64,000 bases of DNA, taken from contig JAKARC010000002.1 in NCBI GenBank assembly GCA_021822385.1, positions 36,352 through 100,351 of the forward strand, written 5' to 3'. A program made the position numbers and the translations under genes. Positions within the stretch are counted from its first letter, which is position 1. Each line of letters starts with the position of its first letter. Origin of the DNA: Pseudomonadota bacterium (lineage in GTDB: Bacteria > Pseudomonadota > Gammaproteobacteria > Steroidobacterales > Steroidobacteraceae). Below are positions 56,146 to 64,000 of the stretch, piece by piece. The notes beneath the pieces were generated by a model. It had not been told where the DNA came from, ran no database searches, and saw only the letters and a list, made by a program, of their open reading frames with translations.

Positions 56146-56430
56146 CGGGGAGAAGCTCAGCGCCGCACAACGCCAGGCGATCCGGCCTTCGCCGCACCAC
56201 CGGGACCACAGCCGCTGTGCCGTCGCACCACTTCCGCCACCCAATTGCCGCTCATGCGCTCCGCCTGAACCGCTGCTCCGACACGGCACCCCGCCGCCCG
56301 GGCAAGGATACCGGCCGGCACCGGCCGGCGCGAGAGCCCGGCGCGGCACTCGCCGCGGCCCGCACCCGGGTCAAACTCGGCTCGAACGGAAGGCGTTTCC
56401 CGTGCCGTGTGCGCGGCTCGGGGGCAGCGC

Positions 56431-57459
56431 TCACGCCTCGGTGCCGGCCAGACGTACCACATACCGACCCGTTGCCTGCCCCGTGACAAGCACCTGTGCC
56501 GCCGCCTCAATGGCCTCGAGCTCGATCACTTCGCGCAGGACGCCCCGCTCGATCCAGGGCACCCGCCAGGGTCCAGCAAGCTGCTGCCAAATCGCCAGGC
56601 GCAGGGCTCGCGGCACTTGGACGGAATGGATGCCGAGGAGACTGACGCCGCGCAGAATGAACGGCATGACGGTCGTGGCAAGCGCCGGGGACTGTGCGAG
56701 CCCAATGCTGGCGATATTTCCCCACGGCTTGCAGGTGCGTATCAGATACGCCAACGTCTCGCCCCCGAGATTGTCCACTGCCCCGCCCCACTTGGCTGTC
56801 GCCAGCGGTTTGGCGTCCCACTCCAGGTGCGCACGGTCGATCACCTCATCCGCACCGAGCGCATGCAAATACCCGGCGGCTTGCGATTTGCCCGTGATCG
56901 CCGCACTGGTGAAACCCGCCCTGCGCAGCAGCGCGAGGGCGATGCTGCCCACACCACCGGTGGCCCCCGTCACAGCGACGGGACCCTGGTGCGGATTCTG
57001 ACCGTTCTCCAGCATGCGCCGCAGGGCCAGCGCCGCTGTGAAACCGGCAGTGCCGAGCGCCATCGCCTCAAGCAGGCTCAATTCCGGGGGTAGAGGGACA
57101 AGCGCCTCGGCCGGCACGAACGCATATTCAGCAAAGCCACCGTCCAACCATTCGCCGAGCCCCTCCCCCGTGGCCACCACCCGATCCCCCGGCTTGAAGG
57201 CCGCAGAGCGGCTTTCTTCGACCACTCCCGACAGATCAATGCCGGGCACGCGCGGATGGGAGCGCAGGATCGGGGCGCGGCCGGTCACCGCCAGAGCATC
57301 CTTATAGTTCAGCCCCGAGTAGGCAACCCGCACCAGCACCTCAGCTGAGGTGAGATCGCCCCGCGTCACGCATTGCACACTTGCCCGTGGACCCTCCGTG
57401 GTCTTATGGACGCGCAAGGCCTTGAACGGCTTGATGGGGCTGAACGGGTGCTGCGGCAT
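56431..57459 (-). CDS. acuI: YhdH/AcuI-family MDR oxidoreductase (acryloyl-CoA reductase type)
   Basis: 342 aa. YSGLNYKDALAVTGRAPILRSHPRVPGIDLSG and TTVMPFILRGVSLLGI closely parallel E. coli YhdH. Confidence 0.85.
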   Translation of the reverse strand: MPQHPFSPIKPFKALRVHKTTEGPRASVQCVTRGDLTSAEVLVRVAYSGLNYKDALAVTGRAPILRSHPRVPGIDLSGVVEESRSAAFKPGDRVVATGEGLGEWLDGGFAEYAFVPAEALVPLPPELSLLEAMALGTAGFTAALALRRMLENGQNPHQGPVAVTGATGGVGSIALALLRRAGFTSAAITGKSQAAGYLHALGADEVIDRAHLEWDAKPLATAKWGGAVDNLGGETLAYLIRTCKPWGNIASIGLAQSPALATTVMPFILRGVSLLGIHSVQVPRALRLAIWQQLAGPWRVPWIERGVLREVIELEAIEAAAQVLVTGQATGRYVVRLAGTEA

Positions 57460-57582
57460 CGTTCGACTATTCTATACGTGCAGTGATTCAGACCGACGGC
57501 ATGTGTGCGGCGGCGCGCAACGCCGGACACCTTGAGATCGATCAATGATTTTCTTTTTATTTCATATACTTGAGCGAAAAAC

Positions 57583-58788
57583 ATGAGCCAGGCTTTCATC
57601 TGCGATGCGATTCGCACGCCATTCGGCCGATATGGGGGAGCACTCGCAGACCTTCGCGCCGACGACCTCGCCGCCGAAGTCCTGCGCGCGCTGATGGAAC
57701 GGCATCGGGAGGTCGACTGGGAAGGCCTCGATGACGTGTATCTCGGTTGCGCCAATCAAGCTGGAGAGGACAACCGCAATGTTGCACGCATGGCCGTGCT
57801 ACTGGCGGGACTACCGCCAAGCGTACCGGCCTCGACTGTCAATCGTTTGTGCGGCTCGAGCCTCGATGCGTTGGCAATTGCGACGCGCGCCATTGTCGCC
57901 GGCGAGACCCATTTGATGATTGCCGGCGGCATTGAGAGCATGACCCGCGCGCCCTACGTCCTCGGCAAGGCACACGCGCCCTTCGCGCGCGGCGCGCAAT
58001 TGGAAGACACCACGCTCGGATGGCGCTTCGTCAATTCGACCCTGCGGGAGCGCTTCGGTATCGATTCCATGGCCGAGACCGCCGAGAATCTCGTCGCCGA
58101 GCGCAACATCTCGCGTTTGGATCAGGACCGGTTCGCGGTGCGCAGCCAGAAGCGCTACGCGCGCGCGCAGGCAGCCGGTTTCTTCACTCGGGAGATCGTC
58201 CCCGTCACGGTGACCCGAGCGCGCCAGCCGCCGGAGCAACTCCGCCACGACGAGCATCCACGCCCGCAGACCGATCTGGATGCGCTCGCACGTCTCAAGG
58301 GCATCGTTCACCCGAACGGATCGGTTACCGCGGGCAACTCATCAGGCATCAACGATGGCGCGGCCGCGATATTGCTCGCCAGCGAATCGGGGCTGCGCCG
58401 CTTTGGTCTGACCCCGCGCGCTCGGGTAATCGGCAGCGCCGTTGCGGGCGTGGCCCCGCGCGTCATGGGCATCGGTCCGGTGCCGGCGACACGCAAATTG
58501 CTGCAGCGGACCGGTCTGTCGCTCGCCGACCTAGACTTCATTGAGCTCAACGAGGCCTTCGCCGCGCAGTGCCTCGCGGTTCTGCGCGAACTCGGGCTCG
58601 CCGACGACGCCGAGCACGTCAATCCCAACGGTGGCGCGATCGCGATCGGGCATCCGCTCGGCGCGAGCGGCGCGCGCCTCGTTGCTACGGCGCTGAATCA
58701 ACTCGAGACAGCAGGCCGGCGGCGTGCCCTGTGCACTATGTGCATAGGCGTGGGCCAGGGCATCGCGCTGCTGCTGGAACGACTGTGA
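57583..58788 (+). CDS. pcaF: 3-oxoadipyl-CoA / 3-oxo-5,6-dehydrosuberyl-CoA thiolase
   Basis: 401 aa. AFICDAIRTPFGRYGGAL...GCANQAGEDNRNVARMA...NRLCGSSLDA is typical of PcaF/PaaJ thiolases. Confidence 0.88.
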   Translation: MSQAFICDAIRTPFGRYGGALADLRADDLAAEVLRALMERHREVDWEGLDDVYLGCANQAGEDNRNVARMAVLLAGLPPSVPASTVNRLCGSSLDALAIATRAIVAGETHLMIAGGIESMTRAPYVLGKAHAPFARGAQLEDTTLGWRFVNSTLRERFGIDSMAETAENLVAERNISRLDQDRFAVRSQKRYARAQAAGFFTREIVPVTVTRARQPPEQLRHDEHPRPQTDLDALARLKGIVHPNGSVTAGNSSGINDGAAAILLASESGLRRFGLTPRARVIGSAVAGVAPRVMGIGPVPATRKLLQRTGLSLADLDFIELNEAFAAQCLAVLRELGLADDAEHVNPNGGAIAIGHPLGASGARLVATALNQLETAGRRRALCTMCIGVGQGIALLLERL

Positions 58789-58813
58789 CTCGCGCTGCCG
58801 GCGGTATGCGATC

Positions 58814-59509
58814 TCATTCGAGCCGCACGCACAGCGGCTCCAAGCCGCTGACACTCGCCTCGATCAGATCACCGCGCTCGACAGGCCCCACGCCGGCAGG
58901 CGTGCCGGTGTAGACGAGGTCCCCGGGCATAAGCCGCCACGCCGCCGAAAGGTGCGCAATGATCTCCGGCACACTCCAGATCATCTGCGCGAGCATGCCA
59001 CGCTGGCGTTCGCTGCCATTGATGCTCAGCGCAATCACGCCCTCATCGAGCTGCGCCACTTGCGTGCGCGGGGTGATCGGTCCGAGCGGCGCGCCATGCT
59101 CACATCCCTTGCCGATGCACCACGGACCAGCGCGCTTTTTCATCTCGGACTGCCGATCGCGCCGGGTCATATCGAGGCCGACCGCGTAACCGAAGACGTG
59201 CTGCTGTGCTGCGCTGACCGGTATGTCAGCGCCCCCCTCGCCGATCGCCACGACCAGTTCCACCTCGTGATGAAGATTACGCGTAAGGCTCGGATAGGGC
59301 AGCCGGCCCATCGCCCCCACCTCGACCGGCAGCAGCGCATCCACCGGCTTCATGAAGATCACCGGTGGGTCCCGTCCCGTATTGCCCATCTCCTCGGCGT
59401 GGGCACGATAGTTCGAACCCACACAGTAAATGCGATGCACGGGAAAGCGCTCCGCCATGCCAACAATCGCTGCGCTCGTCACGGGCGGCGGGGAAAACAG
59501 ATATTTCAT
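58814..59509 (-). CDS. fumarylacetoacetate hydrolase (FAH) family protein
   Basis: 231 aa from MKYLFSPP. Contains IYCVGSNYRAHAEEMG...FMKP...HHEVELVVAIG and a C-terminal GDLVYTGTPAGVG motif. Confidence 0.85.
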   Translation of the reverse strand: MKYLFSPPPVTSAAIVGMAERFPVHRIYCVGSNYRAHAEEMGNTGRDPPVIFMKPVDALLPVEVGAMGRLPYPSLTRNLHHEVELVVAIGEGGADIPVSAAQQHVFGYAVGLDMTRRDRQSEMKKRAGPWCIGKGCEHGAPLGPITPRTQVAQLDEGVIALSINGSERQRGMLAQMIWSVPEIIAHLSAAWRLMPGDLVYTGTPAGVGPVERGDLIEASVSGLEPLCVRLE

Positions 59510-59814
59510 GCGTCGAGAGCGTAGCACGCCGGCACGGATCGAGCCCATCCCTTGCGTGCGGGCACGGCGGTCTCGCCGCGACCGATACAGCAGCCGCGGT
59601 GGAACTGACCGCGCTATCAGAGCTCCTCTGCATCCCTGAGCCCTTCTGCAACGAGAACTCGCTTCGGCGCGCTGCACGGGGCATTCGCCGCAAATCGCAC
59701 TGTTCCCCCTGCCGCCGGCGTTCCCGCCGCGCACTGATGCGGCATGATTGCATGCTTGAATATTCGTCCTGGCACTGCATGAACAACGGCCCCAGAGCCG
59801 CGAGGATCCGCCGA

Positions 59815-61428
59815 ATGAAGCCCCGCCGTGCACTCGTGGCGCTTTGCGCGCTAACCGTCTCACTCTCTGTTCTCACCCCCGCCTTCGCCGCCCGGTCAAC
59901 GCACGCGCAGGCTGCGGCCCCGACTTCGGGTGTCTTCACCCCCCGCGAGGTGACGACCTACGGGTCGGTGACGGTCAGCGGACACAAAATTGCCTACCGC
60001 GCGGTCGCCGGCACGATCATCGTGCACCCGCCCGGCTGGGACGATGCCGCAGTGCCCCCGACGGGCAAGGATGCGATCGGCACAGCCAACGGCCCGCCTG
60101 TCGCCTCGATGTTCTACGTCGCATACTTCAAGCGTGGCGTTCCGGCGCGGGACCGTCCGATCACTTTTCTCTACAACGGGGGTCCGGGATCCTCCAGCCT
60201 TTGGCTCGATATGGGTGCATACGGTCCCGTGCGCGTCGTCACCAACAGCAGCACGCACACTCCGCCAGCGCCGTACCATCTGGTCAACAATCAGTACAGT
60301 CTGCTCAACGTCTCCGATCTGGTATTCATCGATGCACCCGGCACCGGTTACAGTCGGATCGAAGGCAAAGGAAAGGACAAGGCTTTCTATGGGGTGGACC
60401 AGGACGCCAATGCATTCGCCTCCTTCATCATCCAGTTTCTCTCCCGCTTCCACCGCTGGAATTCACCGAAATACCTCTACGGCGAGAGCTACGGCACTCC
60501 TCGCTCCGCCGTGCTCATCTATGACCTCGAAGTCAACAACAACATCGACTTCAACGGCGTAATCCTGCAATCCCAGATCTTGAACTTTGATCTCAGCGCC
60601 GACGATCCACAACACAACCCCGGCATCGAATTACCTTACGAACTTGCATTGCCGTCGATGGCGGCAACCGCCTGGTATCACCACGTCCTGCCGGCACAAC
60701 CGGCGCATCTGCGTCCGCTGCTGCGGAAGGTCGAGCGGTTCGCCATGGGGCCGTATGCGGACGCACTGGCAGAAGGATCAGCGCTGCCGCGCAACCAGGA
60801 ACGCGCGATCGCGGAGAAATTGCACGGTTACACCGGACTGCCCGTGTCTTACCTGCTCAAGGCAGACCTGCAAGTCAGCGGATTGATGTTCGAGCACGAA
60901 CTGCTCAATTCTTCCGACGAGACCACCGGACGACTCGATACGCGTTTCGAGGGCCCCTCAATCAACCCTCTCAACGAGCGCGCCCAGTACGACCCTCTGG
61001 TCGCTGGCATCGGTTCGGCCTACGTATCGGCGTTCAATGATTACCTGAGCAAGGTGCTGCATTATCGGACCAGTCTGCAGTACCTGCCAATGATTAACGT
61101 CCCGACCTGGCAGATGAAGCATCAACCGCCGAACGCAAGCTACAAGCTTCCCATTGCAGTCAATGTCATGCCAGATCTCGCCTACGCCATGAAATACAAC
61201 CCGGATCTGAAGATCTGCCTCAACGGCGGCTACTTCGATCTTGCCACGCCGTTCTACGAAGGCTGGTACGAGATGCATCATCTGCAGATACCGCGTAGTT
61301 TGGACAAGAACATCCAGTATCACTACTACAAGTCCGGCCACATGATCTACGTTCGGGTCGCAGCCCTGAAAAAACTGCACAAGAATGTTGCCGCGTTCAT
61401 ACGCCAGACCGATAACCTAAAGGGTTGA
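59815..61428 (+). CDS. secreted S10-family serine carboxypeptidase (paralog 1)
   Basis: 537 aa from MKPRRALVALCALTVSLSVLTPAFA (signal peptide). Contains FLYNGGPGSSS, the catalytic-Ser motif GESYG, NGGYFDLATP (Asp) and SGHMIY (His). Confidence 0.8.
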   Translation: MKPRRALVALCALTVSLSVLTPAFAARSTHAQAAAPTSGVFTPREVTTYGSVTVSGHKIAYRAVAGTIIVHPPGWDDAAVPPTGKDAIGTANGPPVASMFYVAYFKRGVPARDRPITFLYNGGPGSSSLWLDMGAYGPVRVVTNSSTHTPPAPYHLVNNQYSLLNVSDLVFIDAPGTGYSRIEGKGKDKAFYGVDQDANAFASFIIQFLSRFHRWNSPKYLYGESYGTPRSAVLIYDLEVNNNIDFNGVILQSQILNFDLSADDPQHNPGIELPYELALPSMAATAWYHHVLPAQPAHLRPLLRKVERFAMGPYADALAEGSALPRNQERAIAEKLHGYTGLPVSYLLKADLQVSGLMFEHELLNSSDETTGRLDTRFEGPSINPLNERAQYDPLVAGIGSAYVSAFNDYLSKVLHYRTSLQYLPMINVPTWQMKHQPPNASYKLPIAVNVMPDLAYAMKYNPDLKICLNGGYFDLATPFYEGWYEMHHLQIPRSLDKNIQYHYYKSGHMIYVRVAALKKLHKNVAAFIRQTDNLKG

Positions 61429-61430
61429 CC

Positions 61431-63074
61431 ATGAGTTCCTCAGCGCATAGCCGCCTCGTCCGCGGCCAGCATCTAACCAGCGCGATTGCGCTCGCAGCAC
61501 TCGGTGCCATGCCTTTTGCCAGGGCCGCAGCGCCGGCAAACGACCACTCTCCGCGCCCACGCAATCCGTATTTCCACACGCACGCAAGCACGACCCGGGG
61601 CAGCGTCAAGATCGGCAGCCGAACAATTCACTATCACGCCGTCGCCGGCATGATCATCGTACACGCCACCGGCTGGAACGATGCGACCGGAACCGACGGC
61701 GCCGGACAGGCGCGAACCCACGCGCCGCACATTCCACCCGAAGCCGCGATGTTTTACGTGGCTTATTTCAAAGACGGAGCCGATCCCAGCAAACGCCCAA
61801 TCACATTCCTATACAACGGTGGTCCCGGCTCCGCCAGTCTCTGGCTGCACATGGGCGCATTCGGACCGCGCCGCGTGCTCACCGCCGGTCACACCCAGAC
61901 GCCGCCCGCACCGTACAGCGTGGTAAACAACCGCTACAGTCTACTCGATGCCTCGGACCTCGTGTTCGTCGATGCCCCCGGCACCGGTTTCGGCCGCGTG
62001 CGCGGACCTGATCCGGACAAGCACTTCTATGGCGCGGACGCCGACGTGCACGCGTTCGCGCAGTTCATCATGAAGTTTCTGTCCAAATACGGTCGCTGGA
62101 ACTCACCCAAATACCTCCTTGGGGAAAGCTACGGCACGCCCCGCTCGGCGATGCTCGTCAATGATTTGGAAACACGCCATAACGTTGATTTCAATGGGGT
62201 GATTCTGCTCTCCGCGATTCTCAATTTCGACGATTCCAATGGCATCGGCATGGCCCGGTTCAATCCCGGCGTCGACCTGCCATATGAACTGTCGCTGCCC
62301 TCGTTCACCGCCACGGCCTGGTATCACCACAAGCTGCCCGGCGGCGAGCCACCGTTGCAGCCGCTGCTCGCCAAAGTCGAGCACTTCGCAATGACCGACT
62401 ACGCCCAGGCATTGCGCGCTGGCTCGCTGCTGAGCCGCGCGAAGTTTGCCGCAATCGCGACCGACCTGCACCGGTACACCGGGTTGCCTACCCACTATAT
62501 CGAACAGGCCAATTTACGCGTCAGCGGTGGCGAGTTTCAGCACGAATTGCTCTCTGCCTCCGACCGGATTACCGGTCGGCTCGATTCACGCTTCGCCGGT
62601 CTGGCGCTGAATCCCCTCGGCCAACGTGCACAATACGATCCGCAGTCCACGGCGATCAGCTCGGCTTATGTGGCGGCCTTCAACAATTACGTGCGCAAAG
62701 TCCTGCATTTTGGGTTCGGCCTGCGTTACAAAGTACTCATTCCTGTGTGGCGCATCTGGAACTTCTCGCACCGCCCGCCCGGGGTGCACCACACACTTGC
62801 GCGTGCGCTCAACGTCATGCCGGACTTGGCAAATGCGATGAAACAGGATCCGGATCTGAAGGTGATGCTGAACGGCGGCTACTTCGACCTAGCGACACCG
62901 TTCTACGAAGGCATCTACGAGATGCAGCATCTGCCCATGCCGCGCAAACTGCAGGCGAACATCGAATACCACTATTACATGTCGGGTCACATGATTTACG
63001 TGCACGTGCCGGCATTGAAGCGACTGCACGCCAATATTGTGAAGTTCATTGACTCAACCGATCATCTAGATTAA
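61431..63074 (+). CDS. secreted S10-family serine carboxypeptidase (paralog 2)
   Basis: 547 aa from ATG 61431; the ORF-track TTG at 61425 overlaps the upstream stop. It carries the same motifs as paralog 1 (FLYNGGPGSAS, GESYG, NGGYFDLATP, SGHMIY). By eye it is roughly 60% identical to paralog 1. Confidence 0.8.
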   Translation: MSSSAHSRLVRGQHLTSAIALAALGAMPFARAAAPANDHSPRPRNPYFHTHASTTRGSVKIGSRTIHYHAVAGMIIVHATGWNDATGTDGAGQARTHAPHIPPEAAMFYVAYFKDGADPSKRPITFLYNGGPGSASLWLHMGAFGPRRVLTAGHTQTPPAPYSVVNNRYSLLDASDLVFVDAPGTGFGRVRGPDPDKHFYGADADVHAFAQFIMKFLSKYGRWNSPKYLLGESYGTPRSAMLVNDLETRHNVDFNGVILLSAILNFDDSNGIGMARFNPGVDLPYELSLPSFTATAWYHHKLPGGEPPLQPLLAKVEHFAMTDYAQALRAGSLLSRAKFAAIATDLHRYTGLPTHYIEQANLRVSGGEFQHELLSASDRITGRLDSRFAGLALNPLGQRAQYDPQSTAISSAYVAAFNNYVRKVLHFGFGLRYKVLIPVWRIWNFSHRPPGVHHTLARALNVMPDLANAMKQDPDLKVMLNGGYFDLATPFYEGIYEMQHLPMPRKLQANIEYHYYMSGHMIYVHVPALKRLHANIVKFIDSTDHLD

Positions 63075-63197
63075 ACGGTCGCGGCACGTTGCTTTACTGC
63101 CGATCCCCGCGGGAACATGCTCCCTGCTCACCGTCGGAATCTCGACGCATTGAACGACGGGCGCAGTCCATCACAGGCCGTCCCTTGGCCTCGCGGC

Positions 63198-63602
63198 TCA
63201 GCGCGACCTCGGTAAGGTCCAGCACGCGGGCCGCTGCTGCATGCCGATCTTCGGATAATACTGCTCAGCGGCAGGGACAGCGATCAATATCAACATACTC
63301 TCCTCGCCCGCTGCCCGTCGCGTCGCCGCAATCAACTGCTTGCCGATGCCCTGACGCTGATAGGCAACGTCCACAGCAAGATCCGACAGGTAACAGCAGA
63401 AGGAGAAATCGGTGATTGCGCGCGACACCCCCACCAGTCGATCAGCATCACGGGCGGTCACGACGAGATCGGCTTGCCGGAGCATGCGCTCAAGCCGCGC
63501 CAGATCGTCGACCGGACGCCGCTCGCCGAGCGTTGATGCCACCAGGACGGCCCGGAATTCCTCAGCTGAAAGATCCGGCTCCAATAGATAGGTAATAGAC
63601 AT
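63198..63602 (-). CDS. GNAT-family N-acetyltransferase
   Basis: 134 aa from MSITYLL. The acetyl-CoA motif A is VAYQRQGIGKQL. Confidence 0.8.
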   Translation of the reverse strand: MSITYLLEPDLSAEEFRAVLVASTLGERRPVDDLARLERMLRQADLVVTARDADRLVGVSRAITDFSFCCYLSDLAVDVAYQRQGIGKQLIAATRRAAGEESMLILIAVPAAEQYYPKIGMQQRPACWTLPRSR

Positions 63603-63764
63603 AGCGTCACTCCGCACTCGGTACCACACTCGCCGCCATTTTCCAGCCCCTTAGCCGTCAGTTGGGCTCATAGAGACCTGCCGACTTTAAACGCCGCATG
63701 CAACACCATCGTTCCGCCGCCGGGATTTTATCGTAACTGTAACCACGGCTGTGCCGACTTGAAC

Positions 63765-64000
63765 GTAAGGACTCCGGCATCCCCGTTCTTCCGGCTTTGA
63801 TCTGAGCGGCCGATGCTCTGTGGTGCGGCGAGTGGCCGCATGGCGAGGGCGGACGATGAACGAGCAGAAGCAAGCGGAGCTGACGCTGGGTGAGAGGCGG
63901 TACCTGGAACGGGTGCGCGAGGCGCAGAGCGAAGGGGTATCGCTGAAGCAGTACTACCTGGCGCATGGATTGAGCCTACGGATGCTGTCCAGGGTGCAAC
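63765..64000 (+). mobile_element. possible left end of an IS66-family insertion sequence, cut by the window edge
   Basis: GTAAGGACTCC at 63765 resembles the GTAA-initiated terminal repeats of IS66-family elements (recalled). It is followed about 90 nt later by a tnpA-like ORF. The right end is not in the window, so no inverted repeat or target duplication can be checked. Confidence 0.3.
63856..64000 (+). CDS. N-terminal 48 codons of an IS66-family accessory (TnpA/Orf1-like) HTH protein; partial
   Basis: ATG at 63856 with a GAGGG SD. The translation is MNEQKQAELTLGERRYLERVREAQSEGVSLKQYYLAHGLSLRMLSRVQ. The ...SG.S...Y....GLS...L... pattern resembles IS66 Orf1 proteins. This ORF is not in the ORF track because it runs off the window. 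Confidence 0.35.
   Translation, partial: MNEQKQAELTLGERRYLERVREAQSEGVSLKQYYLAHGLSLRMLSRVQ

Noticed and set aside
59770-59786. TGGCAC upstream of the first S10 gene, considered as a sigma-54 promoter.
   Set aside because: The required TTGC(A/T) element 5 nt downstream is missing; the sequence reads TGGCAC-TGCAT-GAAC.
63658-63966. A 102-aa minus-strand ORF at the right edge.
   Set aside because: It is a Pro/Arg/Leu-rich translation with no SD, lying antisense to the better-supported tnpA-like ORF.
1-64000. A window-wide search for CRISPR repeats, defence genes (restriction-modification, toxin-antitoxin, Cas, abortive infection), secretion systems, prophage genes and secondary-metabolite cores.
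   Set aside because: I saw no regularly spaced direct repeats, and every large ORF has a confident housekeeping or catabolic assignment. The only mobile-element signal is the probable IS66 end at 63765-64000. I therefore do not claim a novel system beyond the adjacency-based hypotheses listed under findings.

Overview
This is a GC-rich proteobacterial chromosomal segment (about two-thirds G+C by eye, not computed) that is almost entirely coding. I call 56 protein-coding genes, two of them cut by the window edges. Many are joined by ATGA/GTGA start-stop overlaps. I found no rRNA, tRNA or CRISPR array. Note that an 'M' at the start of an ORF in the supplied track can be GTG or TTG, which I checked against the DNA in several cases.

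Gene order, left to right:
- M20 peptidase (partial)
- thrA-thrB-thrC plus a coupled NERD-domain membrane protein (minus strand)
- two small genes of unknown function
- a MaoC-hydratase/CitE-lyase pair
- malQ
- cysB, divergent from cysH-cysG-cysteine synthase
- an orphan membrane-anchored TAXI-like binding protein
- wrbA
- an hsp20-lon heat-shock pair
- phenylacetate genes paaABCDE-paaG-paaZ with divergent paaX
- a fused-E1/E2 2-oxoacid dehydrogenase with a divergent Lrp-type regulator
- a fadB/J-type enzyme, then tetR-fadN-fadA
- cysQ-cysD-cysNC
- ald with divergent lrp
- an ACP-acyltransferase fusion
- qor coupled to a seven-gene arn (L-Ara4N lipid A modification) operon with a split arnA
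- a beta-barrel OMP
- murJ
- acuI/yhdH
- a pcaF/paaJ-type thiolase
- an FAH-family hydrolase
- two tandem S10 serine carboxypeptidases
- a GNAT
- a probable IS66-family end at the right edge

Verdict: this is mostly ordinary core and catabolic chromosome. I do not see a self-contained novel multi-gene system; there are no defence-island, secretion or orphan biosynthetic signatures.

The items most worth a second look:
1. A sharply AT-rich 21-codon patch inside a GC-rich small gene (7047-7112).
2. An ACP-LPLAT acyltransferase fusion with a perfect 17-bp palindrome upstream, at the end of a co-directional murJ-OMP-arn-qor envelope block.
3. The unusual arn operon architecture.
4. A NERD-domain protein translationally coupled to thrC.
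5. An hsp20-lon pair with a sigma-32-like promoter.
6. A fused E1alpha/beta-E2 dehydrogenase with no E3.
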